DNA of 64,000 nucleotides from Spirosomataceae bacterium TFI 002 (GCA_900230115.1 LT907983.1:4198774-4262773); one strand, 5' to 3'; shown: positions 15,029 through 25,151, counted from the first letter of the stretch. Made by a program: numbers and translations. The notes: generated by a model from the letters alone, not told the origin.

Positions 15029-16978
15029 ATGATTTTAAACTCTACAGCAATGCGAATTATAAGAGCATGTTTGTTTCTCTTCTTGGCTGTAGCTTCATTT
15101 TCAATCCATGCACAAGATTGTATAAAGCCAATCTATAAAATAACGTGGAATAACGTTTCTCAACCTAACCTAAGTGATGGAAGCATCACAGTCTATCAAA
15201 TCCAAAGTGCCACTCATTACGAATTACTTTTTGGTAATGAAGAAGAATTTAATTTTGCGGAAGCAGTTAAGTTCAAGCCTGGAGAAGACAAAATAGAAAT
15301 TAAAGGGCTCTCTAACCCAGCTGGTACTGACACCTACAAAATTAGAGTTTATAATGGCGAAAACTGTTACAGAACAGATGTGGTAAAACTATCACAATTA
15401 TATTTTGCCAAAGATCTTGAGAATACAGCTGTTGAACTAATACAAGGTGTGGATAATCCTTCTCCAAAAGTGGACGATGTCGTCACTTTTACTACACTTG
15501 TTCAAAGCAAAGGAACATCAAAAGTTGAAAATCTAGAAGTAAAACAGTTTTTAACCGAAAGCTTAGAAGTAATATATTTCTACGCTGACAAAGGAACATA
15601 TTCACAATATGCCAGAACTTGGAATATTGGAGATCTCAAAGGAGGGCAATCCATTAAGCTTGTTATAAGAGCTAGAGTGAAAAGTACTGGTCTTTCCTAC
15701 CTGACATCCTACATATCTGGAATTAATAAATTTAATATTATATATGGTCAATCCATTCCTACTCAAAGTTCAGAGTATTCAATAGCTGCAACAAACTGTG
15801 TTTCGGTTCCGATTCAAATTAAGCAAAATCAAATATACAGTATCCGACTGCCAACATACAAGGGAGTTACTTGGTACTACAAAGATTTAGCAGGGAACTT
15901 CTCAGAAATAGATGAGTTTACAAACCCTTCCATTGCTGAAGTAAATAAAGATAGCTCACTTAGCATTAAGCAAGGCGGAGAATACACTTTTACCAAAAAA
16001 GTAGATGAATGTACATTCAATAGTTGTTGTCCTGTCATTGTTGAAAGCTGTGCAGGGCCTCCTATTATAGTGGATTCGGTTTATTGTAACAAGAGCGTAG
16101 ATAGCTACAACATTGTTGTGCGTCTTCAAAATGACTCTTGGAGCGTAGTAGAAAAGGTCTATTATGCTATTGCAAATATTAGTTTTCCCGTTTTAACGAA
16201 CTTCCTGAGAAGAATAAATGCATTGCCTTTGACATCCAGTTCAGGTTATGTGACTTCACTGGGAAACAGTACTTATAAAATTGAAAACATACCTGCTTTT
16301 ATGCCAAATGTCACTTTGGTTTCAACCGATATGACTGGTCAGTGCCGAACAGTAAAAGTTGTAAACGCTCCCAATTGCCAACAGGCAATTATAAATGAAC
16401 CACAACTGGCAGAAGCCACCATGTATTATTTACCTGGTCAAACAATGCCAAACTTAAGAGTAACTAACCAACCAAAAGGATTTAAAACACTTTGGTTCAA
16501 AGATGAACTTGGGCAAAATGAATTAGATAAAGGGAAATCATTTGTACCGGAAGAGCCTGGTAAATATTACGTCGCATTTAAGGATAAAAAAACTGGAGCT
16601 TTAAGTCAATTGACTATTGCGACGGTAAGAGACATGACCGAAGATCAACCTGGTCAGTTTGTGGATGTGGTTGTATGTGATTGTAAAAATCCAAATATGA
16701 TTCCAACAGGAAAAATTGAGGACTATACGGTAACGAAGGCGTACCCCAACCCAGCAAATGATATTTTGAATATACAGTATAGAGTTCCAGAAGGCTCAAA
16801 AACAGTAAGTTTATTTATATTTAATATCAATGGAAGGCAAATGGCCTCCTACGAATTAGATAAAAATAAAACAGAAGTGAAGGTAAATGTCTTTGATTGG
16901 ACAGATGGCCTCTATGTTTACAATATCATAACTGATGGAGAAAAGCGAGCAACACAAAAGATCATTGTGCGGCATTAA
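15029..16978 (+). CDS. Secreted protein (649 aa) with a DUF11-like domain, a CCPVIVE-motif domain and a T9SS type-A C-terminal sorting domain
   Basis: N-terminal signal (MRIIRACLFLFLAVASFSIHAQ, alternative start 15050). A DUF11-like segment lies at about 15410-15720. The motif ...GGEYTFTKKVDECTFNSCCPVIVES is shared with the previous gene (GTYSYESTDPTACGFEYCCPIIVEE). The C-terminus KAYPNPANDILNIQYRVPEGSKTVSLFIFNINGRQMASYELDKNKTEVKVNVFDWTDGLYVYNIITDGEKRATQKIIV is a typical Por_Secre_tail CTD. Confidence 0.85.
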   Translation: MILNSTAMRIIRACLFLFLAVASFSIHAQDCIKPIYKITWNNVSQPNLSDGSITVYQIQSATHYELLFGNEEEFNFAEAVKFKPGEDKIEIKGLSNPAGTDTYKIRVYNGENCYRTDVVKLSQLYFAKDLENTAVELIQGVDNPSPKVDDVVTFTTLVQSKGTSKVENLEVKQFLTESLEVIYFYADKGTYSQYARTWNIGDLKGGQSIKLVIRARVKSTGLSYLTSYISGINKFNIIYGQSIPTQSSEYSIAATNCVSVPIQIKQNQIYSIRLPTYKGVTWYYKDLAGNFSEIDEFTNPSIAEVNKDSSLSIKQGGEYTFTKKVDECTFNSCCPVIVESCAGPPIIVDSVYCNKSVDSYNIVVRLQNDSWSVVEKVYYAIANISFPVLTNFLRRINALPLTSSSGYVTSLGNSTYKIENIPAFMPNVTLVSTDMTGQCRTVKVVNAPNCQQAIINEPQLAEATMYYLPGQTMPNLRVTNQPKGFKTLWFKDELGQNELDKGKSFVPEEPGKYYVAFKDKKTGALSQLTIATVRDMTEDQPGQFVDVVVCDCKNPNMIPTGKIEDYTVTKAYPNPANDILNIQYRVPEGSKTVSLFIFNINGRQMASYELDKNKTEVKVNVFDWTDGLYVYNIITDGEKRATQKIIVRH

Positions 16979-17035
16979 AAATATATAGCATCATTAATTG
17001 AGAACTGAGTTAGTAAAGCCGAAAGGCCAAAAAGT

Positions 17036-17065
17036 AGCTCCCTGAAAAGGGAGTTATTTTTTTGT
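17036..17065 (+). terminator. Rho-independent terminator after the surface-protein cluster
   Basis: ctccctgaaaagggag hairpin followed by ttattttttt. Confidence 0.6.
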
Positions 17066-17133
17066 CAACTTTTCTGTGAGCATCTTTGTTTGGTATGGGA
17101 AGATCGCTTGTTTTGCAGGCTTAAAAATAGAAT

Positions 17134-18519
17134 ATGACGACCACAATAGAGAACTTAACACCAAGGCAAATCGTAGCTGAATTGGATAAATACATCATTG
17201 GACAAGATGATGCAAAGAAAAATGTTGCAATAGCATTAAGAAATCGCTGGAGAAGGATGAATGCCTCCGACGATATGAAAACGGAAATTGTTCCAAATAA
17301 CATATTGATGATTGGTTCTACCGGAGTAGGTAAAACAGAAATTGCGAGAAGACTCGCAAAAATTGCTGATGCTCCATTTATAAAAGTAGAAGCGTCGAAA
17401 TTTACCGAAGTTGGTTATGTAGGTAGAGATGTGGAGTCAATGGTGAGAGACTTGGTAGAGCAATCTGTTAACATGGTAAAAACTGCTAAAAAAGAAGAAG
17501 TAAAGTTAAAAGCAGCAGAAGCAGTAGAAGAACAAATTTTATCTATTCTGATTCCACCTGTTAAGATTGGTGGAAAAGCCAGTAACTCAGAAACGGAAGA
17601 TCCAAGTAAAATGAACGAGGCTGAGCTGAATGAAAAAACGAGAGAAGCCTTTCGAAAAAAACTTCAAAACGGAGAACTGGAGGAAAGGAAAATAGAAATA
17701 GATATCAAAACGTCAGCTTCGGCACCAATAGGTGTGATGGGTGGTCCTATCGACGATATGTCAATGATGAATATTCAAGACATGATCAGTGGCATGATGC
17801 CCAAAAAGAATAAAAAGCGTAAACTCAGTATCGCAGATGCCCGAAAGTACCTTTTGGAAGAAGAGTCCTCTAAGCTTATCGACATGGACGAAGTTAAAGA
17901 CGAGGCTCTTTGGAAAGCTCAAAACTTAGGTATGATTTTCATAGACGAGATTGATAAAATCGCAGCAAGTGGCGGCGGAGGCAAAGGAGCGGATGTTAGT
18001 AGAGAAGGGGTACAGAGAGATCTATTGCCCATAGTAGAAGGAAGCACTGTGAATACAAAGCATGGAAGTATCAATACAGACCATATCTTGTTTGTTGCCG
18101 CCGGAGCGTTTCACGTAGCTAAACCTTCAGATTTAATTCCTGAACTACAAGGGCGTTTCCCAATACGTGTGGAGTTGGAATCTCTTACAGAAGAAAACTT
18201 CTTTCAGATATTGAAGAAACCGAAAAACGCACTTACAAAGCAATATACAGCTATGCTGGAATCAGAAGGCGTTTCATTAGAGTTTTCGGAAGATGCGATG
18301 AAGGAAATTGCTAAAATAGCTTTCTTAGCCAATTCTGAAGTTGAAAATATAGGAGCAAGAAGATTACAAACTGTTATGAGTCACTTGCTCAATGATATTT
18401 TATTTGATGTGCCAGATAAGATTGGCCCCGATTCAAAGATTACAATTGACAAAGATTTGGTAGTTGAAAAATTAGGTGCTTTGATCAAAAACAAAGACTT
18501 AAGCCAGTATATTCTTTAA
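17134..18519 (+). CDS. hslU: ATP-dependent protease ATPase subunit HslU (ClpY)
   Basis: IIGQDDAKKNVAIALRNRWRR, Walker A NILMIGSTGVGKTEIARRLAKIADAPFIKVEASKFTEVGYVGRDVESMVRDL, and FIDEIDKIA...GADVSREGVQRDLLPIVEG all match HslU. No hslV is adjacent. Confidence 0.95.
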   Translation: MTTTIENLTPRQIVAELDKYIIGQDDAKKNVAIALRNRWRRMNASDDMKTEIVPNNILMIGSTGVGKTEIARRLAKIADAPFIKVEASKFTEVGYVGRDVESMVRDLVEQSVNMVKTAKKEEVKLKAAEAVEEQILSILIPPVKIGGKASNSETEDPSKMNEAELNEKTREAFRKKLQNGELEERKIEIDIKTSASAPIGVMGGPIDDMSMMNIQDMISGMMPKKNKKRKLSIADARKYLLEEESSKLIDMDEVKDEALWKAQNLGMIFIDEIDKIAASGGGGKGADVSREGVQRDLLPIVEGSTVNTKHGSINTDHILFVAAGAFHVAKPSDLIPELQGRFPIRVELESLTEENFFQILKKPKNALTKQYTAMLESEGVSLEFSEDAMKEIAKIAFLANSEVENIGARRLQTVMSHLLNDILFDVPDKIGPDSKITIDKDLVVEKLGALIKNKDLSQYIL

Positions 18520-18527
18520 TCTAATAT

Positions 18528-19271
18528 TTATCGATTTAACTGCATTGCAAGCTTAACAATATCTTGACCTTTATTGAGGTCGAGATTTTGTTTAGACACA
18601 ATTGATTTTGCTTTATGTCCGTAAGGTCCCATAGACTTGAAGAAAGAATTCTTTGTTTTTACAGGTACTAGTTTATTGTTAATAACAAAGAAGTACTCTT
18701 CGGTTTTAACAAATTTCCCTTCATATTTACTTCCTGGGGTAATTCCATAAGCTATTTCAATTTTATCTTTTGTATTTGAGAAACTACCGCTGTGCTGAAT
18801 GAGCAACATTGGTTCGCCTTCTAAAGCTATATTGTAGTAATACTTTTTAGCACCAGCTACTTTGTCATCCATTCGTTGGAAAACCAAACTATCCAAAGTG
18901 AACCTTGGCGGGGTAAGCTCTATTGCTCGGGTGTTTTTATCAGGACTATAGTAAATTACTCCTTTGACTACATTGAATCCAATAAAACCTGGAGAAGGTT
19001 CAGAGCCTTTTAATGTCACAGTTCCAGCAAACAATTTGTTGCCAAAATAGGGGTTCCCTTTGTACTTTTTTACAACCTTATCGGGTGAGTTTAGGGATAG
19101 GTTGTTGGCATTGTATTCAAACTCCAGAATGGTGTCCCCATTTTCATCTATCTCCTTTATAAACCCTTCAGAGACCGTTGGGACTTCGTTTTGGAAATGT
19201 CCTTTTGTAGGGTTTTGCCCGAAAGTGTTGAAAGAAATATAGGTCAGTAAATAAAGAAATAGAGTTTTCAC
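18528..19271 (-). CDS. Secreted hypothetical protein, paralog A of a tandem pair
   Basis: Signal peptide MKTLFLYLLTYISFNTFGQ. It shares KGVIYYSPDKNT.AIEL.PP.F.LD.L.FQ.M......GAKKYYYN...EGEPML..QH.G..S.TKD with the 19447-20190 protein. Confidence 0.7.
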   Translation of the reverse strand: MKTLFLYLLTYISFNTFGQNPTKGHFQNEVPTVSEGFIKEIDENGDTILEFEYNANNLSLNSPDKVVKKYKGNPYFGNKLFAGTVTLKGSEPSPGFIGFNVVKGVIYYSPDKNTRAIELTPPRFTLDSLVFQRMDDKVAGAKKYYYNIALEGEPMLLIQHSGSFSNTKDKIEIAYGITPGSKYEGKFVKTEEYFFVINNKLVPVKTKNSFFKSMGPYGHKAKSIVSKQNLDLNKGQDIVKLAMQLNR

Positions 19272-19446
19272 AATTTCACCTTTTGGAATTTAAGTTTTTG
19301 AAATCAAATAATTTTTGAAAACTTAAAAAAACAGTTTTTAGTACTTCTTCGCTTTTTCTTAATGTTTGTTTTTAATAATTCAATAAGAAAAGATGTTGGC
19401 ATTGCAACTCACCCACTTTTTACGTCAAATGATTGATGTTTGCTTA

Positions 19447-20190
19447 TTATTGGTTCAATAAATGAGCAAGTTTAATAATATCATTGGGAAGACTTAAGTC
19501 TAAATTATATTTTGATACAATTTCTTTCACTTTATGGTGATATGGCCCCATAGCTTTGGCAAATGATTTCTTAGGTTTTACTAGCACAAGTGTTTTTTGA
19601 ATCACGAAGTAATAATCTTCGTATTTTTCAAACTTCCCTTCAAACTCGTTACTTGACGATGTACCATAGGCCACATCTACACCATCTTTGGTACTCGAGT
19701 ATTTGCCGGTGTGTTGCTTAATTAACATGGGTTCGCCTTCTACTAATACATTGTAATAATATTTTTTTGCCCCTTGAATTTCCTTGTTCATTTGTTGGAA
19801 AATTAACCCATCAAGGGCAAATTTAGGTGGACTAAGTTCAATCGCTTGCGTATTCTTGTCTGGACTATAATAAATGACACCTTTGACAACATTAAACCCA
19901 ACCAGTCCTGGAGATGGATCGGAGCCTTCCATGGTTACTGTTCCCAAGTACCACTTGTTGCCATAATATGGGGTTCCCATGTATTTCTTAACCAAAGTTG
20001 ACGGTGTGTTGAGAGCAAGGTTGTTTCCATTATAGTTGGAAACCAAGATGGTGTCACCATTTGCGTTCACTTCGATAGTCGAACCTTCGGCAGACATCCC
20101 AACTTCGTTGAGAAAATAGCCGGTTGTTGTATTTTGACCGAAAGAATTTAAGCCAATAAAAGAGAGCAAAAAGATAGTAATGAATTTCAT
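19447..20190 (-). CDS. Secreted hypothetical protein, paralog B
   Basis: Start taken at the internal MKFITIFLLSFIGLNSFGQ (ATG at 20190-20188), 4 nt downstream of the nspC stop. Paralogous to the 18528-19271 protein. Confidence 0.7.
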   Translation of the reverse strand: MKFITIFLLSFIGLNSFGQNTTTGYFLNEVGMSAEGSTIEVNANGDTILVSNYNGNNLALNTPSTLVKKYMGTPYYGNKWYLGTVTMEGSDPSPGLVGFNVVKGVIYYSPDKNTQAIELSPPKFALDGLIFQQMNKEIQGAKKYYYNVLVEGEPMLIKQHTGKYSSTKDGVDVAYGTSSSNEFEGKFEKYEDYYFVIQKTLVLVKPKKSFAKAMGPYHHKVKEIVSKYNLDLSLPNDIIKLAHLLNQ

Positions 20191-20194
20191 AATT

Positions 20195-21319
20195 TCATAT
20201 TCTGTCTTTAAAGCTCTCGAAACCAAAGGATTTTTGCAACTCAAAGGCGTTATTTCTCCAAACCCCAATACTCGGAAGTCCCACCCCATTGAAAGTTGTT
20301 GTCTTTACCATGGTGTAATGGATCATGTCATCAAAAACGAGCGTGTCTCCAATTTTTAAGGGTTCGTCAAAGCTGTAATCCCCCATAAAATCACCAGCCA
20401 AACATGTCATCCCGCCCATGCGATAAGTTGGTTTGCCTGCTACAGGTTCATGGTGAGACCCTAAAATGAATGGTTTGTACGGCATTTCGAGTGTATCTGG
20501 CATGTGTGCAGCAAAAGAAATGTCCAGTATTGCGACATCAATTCCCTGAGCGTCAACAATATCGAGCACAGTTGATTTTAGGTATCCAGTTTGCCATGCA
20601 ATTGCAGACCCTGGCTCCATTATTATTTCAAGCTGATATTTTGATTTCAGTTTTTTGATTAACTCCACTACATGATTTGTATCATATCCTTTTTTGGTCA
20701 TGAGGTGACCACCGCCCATATTTAACCATTTAACTTGGTGAAGTAGATCGCCAAATTTCTCTTCTACATGTTTCAGTGTTCGTTCCAATACATGAGAATC
20801 GTTTTCGCAAAGCGTATGAAAGTGTAACCCTTCTATTCCTTCAGGTAAATGGGGAAGCTGATCTCTTGTAACTCCAAGTCTTGAACCAGCAATGCAAGGA
20901 TTATACATGTCAGTTTCTACCTCAGCATATTGAGGGTTGATTCTTATTCCGTAAGATATATTTGGCTTCATTTTACCTTTAAATTGCTCATATTGAGAAA
21001 TTGAATTAAAAGTTAAATGAGAACTGTAAGATTGTATTTCGTCATACTCTTCGGGTTTATACACCGGAGAGTAAGTATGTGCTTTACATTTCATTTCTTC
21101 TACAATTAGTCTTGCTTCATGAAGTGAGCTAGCTGTAGCACCTGAGAGATACTCCTTCACAAGCGGAAACTGACTGTACATGGAGAAACCTTTCAAAGCT
21201 AAAATAATAGAAGCCCCAGACTTTTCTTGAACATCACTTATAAGTTTGAGATTACGAATAAGTAACTCTTGGTCAAGTACGTAACAAGGTGAGGGGATTT
21301 GTGTGAAATCAACGTTCAT
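20195..21319 (-). CDS. nspC: Carboxynorspermidine/carboxyspermidine decarboxylase (PLP-dependent, fold type III)
   Basis: MNVDFTQIPSPCYVLDQELLIRNL...ALKGFSMYSQFPLV...HFHTLCEN...GGGH..MEPGSAIA is characteristic of NspC. The start was chosen at the internal Met (the 375-aa version). Confidence 0.85.
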   Translation of the reverse strand: MNVDFTQIPSPCYVLDQELLIRNLKLISDVQEKSGASIILALKGFSMYSQFPLVKEYLSGATASSLHEARLIVEEMKCKAHTYSPVYKPEEYDEIQSYSSHLTFNSISQYEQFKGKMKPNISYGIRINPQYAEVETDMYNPCIAGSRLGVTRDQLPHLPEGIEGLHFHTLCENDSHVLERTLKHVEEKFGDLLHQVKWLNMGGGHLMTKKGYDTNHVVELIKKLKSKYQLEIIMEPGSAIAWQTGYLKSTVLDIVDAQGIDVAILDISFAAHMPDTLEMPYKPFILGSHHEPVAGKPTYRMGGMTCLAGDFMGDYSFDEPLKIGDTLVFDDMIHYTMVKTTTFNGVGLPSIGVWRNNAFELQKSFGFESFKDRI

Positions 21320-21389
21320 AAGTATGCTTTTTAATAACAAATGCGAACTTATGAGATAAGTTCGCATTCATCAAAAGAAACAGAAATTA

Positions 21390-22211
21390 TTAATTCAACT
21401 TAAATTTGATAGGTATCGTAAATCTTACTCGAACGGGCTTCCCATTTTGCATTCCTGGGTTCCAATTTGGCATTTTTTTGATTGTTTTAATGGCCTCTTC
21501 ATCGCATCCAAATCCGATTCCTTTTAAGATTTTAACATCTGAAATTGAACCGTTTCTTTCTACAATAAATGCAACATAAACAGTTCCTTGTGTACCGCTA
21601 GCTTGTGCTACTCTAGGATATTTTAAGTTTTTGCCAAGCCATTGGTACATTTCACTTTGTCCACTTGCAAAACTTGGTTGAGTTTCGGCAAAGTCAAATA
21701 TTTTAGGTTCTTCAGTTTGTTTCACTGGTTCTTCTGTACTTATTCCATTTCCACTTATTGGAATTACGGCTCCAAAGTGCCCTTCTGTTTCACTCAGTTT
21801 TAACCCAGGGGCGGTTATAGTTGAGATCACCACATCTTCAAGGTCTGTAAAATTAGGTATTCGCTCTTCATGGGCTTTTTCATCCTCCACAGCCACGGGA
21901 TCAACTGACCTCACTGTTTCAAGAATCGGTTGTTCTAATGGTAAATTAGGCTCTTCCTTTACTTTTTCTATTTCAATTGGTGGTTCAAATATTTTTGTAA
22001 GGTCGATTATTTGAGGTTTTGGCTTTGCTTTTTCAATGGGGTGCGATCGAAAAAAAGCAAAACTGCTTAAGACTATCAAAAGGACGAAGGAAGTGCCAAT
22101 AATAAAAGCTTTTAGGAGATGCGAACTGTACTTTGTTCTAAGATCGTATGCACCGTAAGCTTTATTTTTTTGCTCAAAAAGCATGTCGAGAATGGTCGTT
22201 TGATTTTTCAT
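21390..22211 (-). CDS. TonB family energy-transducer protein (C-terminal TonB domain)
   Basis: N-terminal TM segment, a Pro/Glu-rich linker, and C-terminus YPRVAQASGTQGTVYVAFIVERNGSISDVKILKGIGFGCDEEAIKTIKKMPNWNPGMQNGKPVRVRFTIPIKFKL. Confidence 0.7.
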   Translation of the reverse strand: MKNQTTILDMLFEQKNKAYGAYDLRTKYSSHLLKAFIIGTSFVLLIVLSSFAFFRSHPIEKAKPKPQIIDLTKIFEPPIEIEKVKEEPNLPLEQPILETVRSVDPVAVEDEKAHEERIPNFTDLEDVVISTITAPGLKLSETEGHFGAVIPISGNGISTEEPVKQTEEPKIFDFAETQPSFASGQSEMYQWLGKNLKYPRVAQASGTQGTVYVAFIVERNGSISDVKILKGIGFGCDEEAIKTIKKMPNWNPGMQNGKPVRVRFTIPIKFKLN

Positions 22212-22327
22212 TTTGTTTGATATTTAAGAGTTAAAACTAAAATATTAAATAAATAACTAAAAATATAGTTCAATTCAAAATTTCAATATCAAAAAAGAAG
22301 AGTATCGGCCAGTTAAAACAAAAAAAG

Positions 22328-22352
22328 AGACGCCGAGGCGTCTCTTAAAGTC
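22328..22352 (-). terminator. Rho-independent terminator downstream of the carboxynorspermidine synthase gene
   Basis: On the minus strand, gagacgcctcggcgtctc hairpin followed by ttttttt. Confidence 0.65.
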
Positions 22353-22371
22353 TTATTATTTTAAAATTGAA

Positions 22372-23583
22372 TCAATATTCGTGGGGAAGTTCAATGTTTA
22401 CCTTTTCGTTCCAAGGTAGACCATGAATATTTAATTGCTCCATGAAAGGATCAGGGTTGAGTTCTTCACAATTATAAACTCCAGCTTTCATCCATTCTGG
22501 GTTTGTTAGCATTAACATGGCACCAATCATAGCAGGTACTCCAGTTGTATAAGAAACTGCTTGCGACCTTACTTCTTTGTATGCTTCGGCGTGATGACAA
22601 TTGTTCCAAACATAATAGGTAGCTTCTTTCCCATCTTTTATACCCTTGATTTGGCATCCAATGGAGGTTTGTCCAGTATAGTTTTCACCCAATGATTCTG
22701 GTGGTGGAAGTACGGCTTTTAAGAATTCTAAAGGAACAATTTCCTTTCCTTGAAAACTGATAGGCTTGATACTTGTCATTCCTACATTTTCTAGCACTTG
22801 TAGGTGAGTTATATATTGTTGTCCAAAAGTCATCCAAAAGCGAGCTCTCTTTAACGTCGGGAAATTTTTAACCAAAGACTCTAACTCTTCGTGATAAAGT
22901 ACATAAGACTCCTTGTCACCAATGTTAGGGTAATCAATAGGCTTATGAATAGACATTGCTGGAATTTCAACCCATTCACCATTTTCCCAGTATCTACCAG
23001 GTTGTGTGATTTCACGTATGTTTATCTCAGGATTAAAATTGGTAGCAAAGGCTTTTCCGTGATCACCAGCATTGCAATCAATGATATCTAAGTAATGCAT
23101 TTCATCGAAATAGTGTTTCGCTGCATATGCAGTAAATACTTGTGTAACACCTGGGTCAAAACCACAACCTAAAAGAGCCATCAAACCTGCTTTTTTAAAT
23201 CGCTCTTGGTATGCCCATTGCCAGCTGTATTCAAACTTGGCAACATCCTTAGGTTCGTAATTTGCTGTATCAAGATAATGTACACCTACCTCAAGGCAAG
23301 CATCCATAATGGTCAGATCTTGGTAGGGTAGGGCAACATTGATAACCATTTTGGGCTGAAAAGACTTCAATAAGGCTACAATCTCAGAAACCACATCCGC
23401 ATCAAGTGCAGCTGTTGCTATTTCAACTCCATGCATTTCTTTTACCTCTTGCGAAATTCTATCACATTTAGATTTCGTTCGGCTAGCAAGCATGATTTCT
23501 GAAAACACATGCTTATTCAATGCACATTTATGAGCAACTACGGTTCCAACTCCCCCTGCTCCTATGATAAGGACTTTTGACAT
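22372..23583 (-). CDS. Carboxynorspermidine synthase / carboxyspermidine dehydrogenase (saccharopine-dehydrogenase-like)
   Basis: MSKVLIIGAGGVGTVVAHKCA Rossmann N-terminus. The whole sequence is collinear with the CANSDH family and pairs with nspC. Confidence 0.85.
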   Translation of the reverse strand: MSKVLIIGAGGVGTVVAHKCALNKHVFSEIMLASRTKSKCDRISQEVKEMHGVEIATAALDADVVSEIVALLKSFQPKMVINVALPYQDLTIMDACLEVGVHYLDTANYEPKDVAKFEYSWQWAYQERFKKAGLMALLGCGFDPGVTQVFTAYAAKHYFDEMHYLDIIDCNAGDHGKAFATNFNPEINIREITQPGRYWENGEWVEIPAMSIHKPIDYPNIGDKESYVLYHEELESLVKNFPTLKRARFWMTFGQQYITHLQVLENVGMTSIKPISFQGKEIVPLEFLKAVLPPPESLGENYTGQTSIGCQIKGIKDGKEATYYVWNNCHHAEAYKEVRSQAVSYTTGVPAMIGAMLMLTNPEWMKAGVYNCEELNPDPFMEQLNIHGLPWNEKVNIELPHEY

Positions 23584-24125
23584 AATTTAAATTTTTAGTA
23601 AAGGTAAAAGCGTTTTTATAATAATCACATAGACAATAAAACGTTTAATAATATTTACTGTAAAGCGATAGAACTTTGTTCATTTTATTAAAAAAAGCTA
23701 GCTCACAAGGCAACATAACGGTACAAGTATTGTCTTTTGAACTGCAAAAGAAATCAATCATGTTCAATTCCACTAAATACTTCTTATAAAATGTTGGAGT
23801 CATTTATTTTTATGATTGTTAGTGTTTTGGTTGTTATTAGCAAATGAGTCGGTTAATTTTGCAGTACCGTTTTTTATGTTTATATTATAAAAATATTAAC
23901 ACCCCAAAAGTAAAAACCAAAATTTCACAAACAATTCGCCTCGTTCAGGTGGATGTCATTCCAGTATTCTTTTGAAAAAGTATAAATCAGATATCGACAA
24001 GTCATTTTTTGAAAACGTTGAGATAGTTTTCTTTATAATAATCAGTATTCTAGTAATTATAAGTATCATCCTAAGTTGACCCTTAGTGTAATAAGTTCTA
24101 CTTTTGTTTTTTTTACTTCGAAAAG

Positions 24126-25151
24126 ATGAAAATAGACCTGAGAAGCGACACTATTACCAAGCCTTCTTCTCCAATGCTCAATGCAATGTTTGCCGCTACG
24201 GTGGGAGATGATGTATTTGGCGATGACCCCACTGTTTCAGAGTTTGAGCACAAAGTTGCACAACTATTCGGAATGGAAGCAGGTTTGTTTTGCCCCTCCG
24301 GTACCATGGCAAACCAACTTGCCATAAAAGTACATACAAGTCCAGGTGGTCAGGTAATTTGTCATAAAAATAGCCATGTTTATTTATATGAAGGAGGAGG
24401 GATTGCTCTTAATTCAAATTGCTCCGTGAAATTGCTGGATGGTGAGTTTGGGTTACTTTCTGCAGTTGATGTAAAAGAGGCAATCAATGATAAAGATGAT
24501 ATTCATTTCCCCATCAGTCAATTGGTATCTTTAGAAAATACCATGAATAAAGGTGGTGGAGCCTGTTACAACTTCGAAGATTTTGTTGCCATAAAGGAAG
24601 TATGCATACAAAATGGTTTGAAACTACACCTTGACGGAGCTCGGCTATTTAATGCCATCGTTGCGAATGGAGAGTCAACTCTTGCCTACGGTAGTGTTTT
24701 TGATACCATTTCAATTTGTTTTTCAAAAGGCCTAGGTTGTCCTATAGGATCGGTACTTATAGGCTCTAAGGAAGATATAAAAAGTGCTCGAAGAGCGAGA
24801 AAAGCTATGGGTGGTGGCTGGAGACAAGCTGGCTATTTAGCCGCAGCTGGTCTTTTTGCTTTAGAGAATAACATAGAAAGGCTTAGTGAAGATCATCGCC
24901 GTGCAAAAGAAATAGGAGAGGTACTTTCTACGCTTGGATTTGTTAAAAATGTATACCCAGTACATACCAATATTGTAATTTTCGAGTTAAAAGAAGAAGT
25001 CTCAGGCATTGATTTTGTTGCCAATCTATTGGAGAAGGATATCCATGTCGTGACCTTCGGGAAAAACTTGGTTCGTATTGTTACTCATTTAGATTTTGAT
25101 GAAGAGCAACTCGAACTATTAATCAAAACTTTATTAGCATTATCAATTTGA
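24126..25151 (+). CDS. ltaE: Low-specificity L-threonine aldolase
   Basis: DLRSDTITKPSSPMLNAMFAATVGDDVFGDDPTV...CPSGTMANQLAIKVHT...KGLGCPIGSVL. Confidence 0.85.
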   Translation: MKIDLRSDTITKPSSPMLNAMFAATVGDDVFGDDPTVSEFEHKVAQLFGMEAGLFCPSGTMANQLAIKVHTSPGGQVICHKNSHVYLYEGGGIALNSNCSVKLLDGEFGLLSAVDVKEAINDKDDIHFPISQLVSLENTMNKGGGACYNFEDFVAIKEVCIQNGLKLHLDGARLFNAIVANGESTLAYGSVFDTISICFSKGLGCPIGSVLIGSKEDIKSARRARKAMGGGWRQAGYLAAAGLFALENNIERLSEDHRRAKEIGEVLSTLGFVKNVYPVHTNIVIFELKEEVSGIDFVANLLEKDIHVVTFGKNLVRIVTHLDFDEEQLELLIKTLLALSI

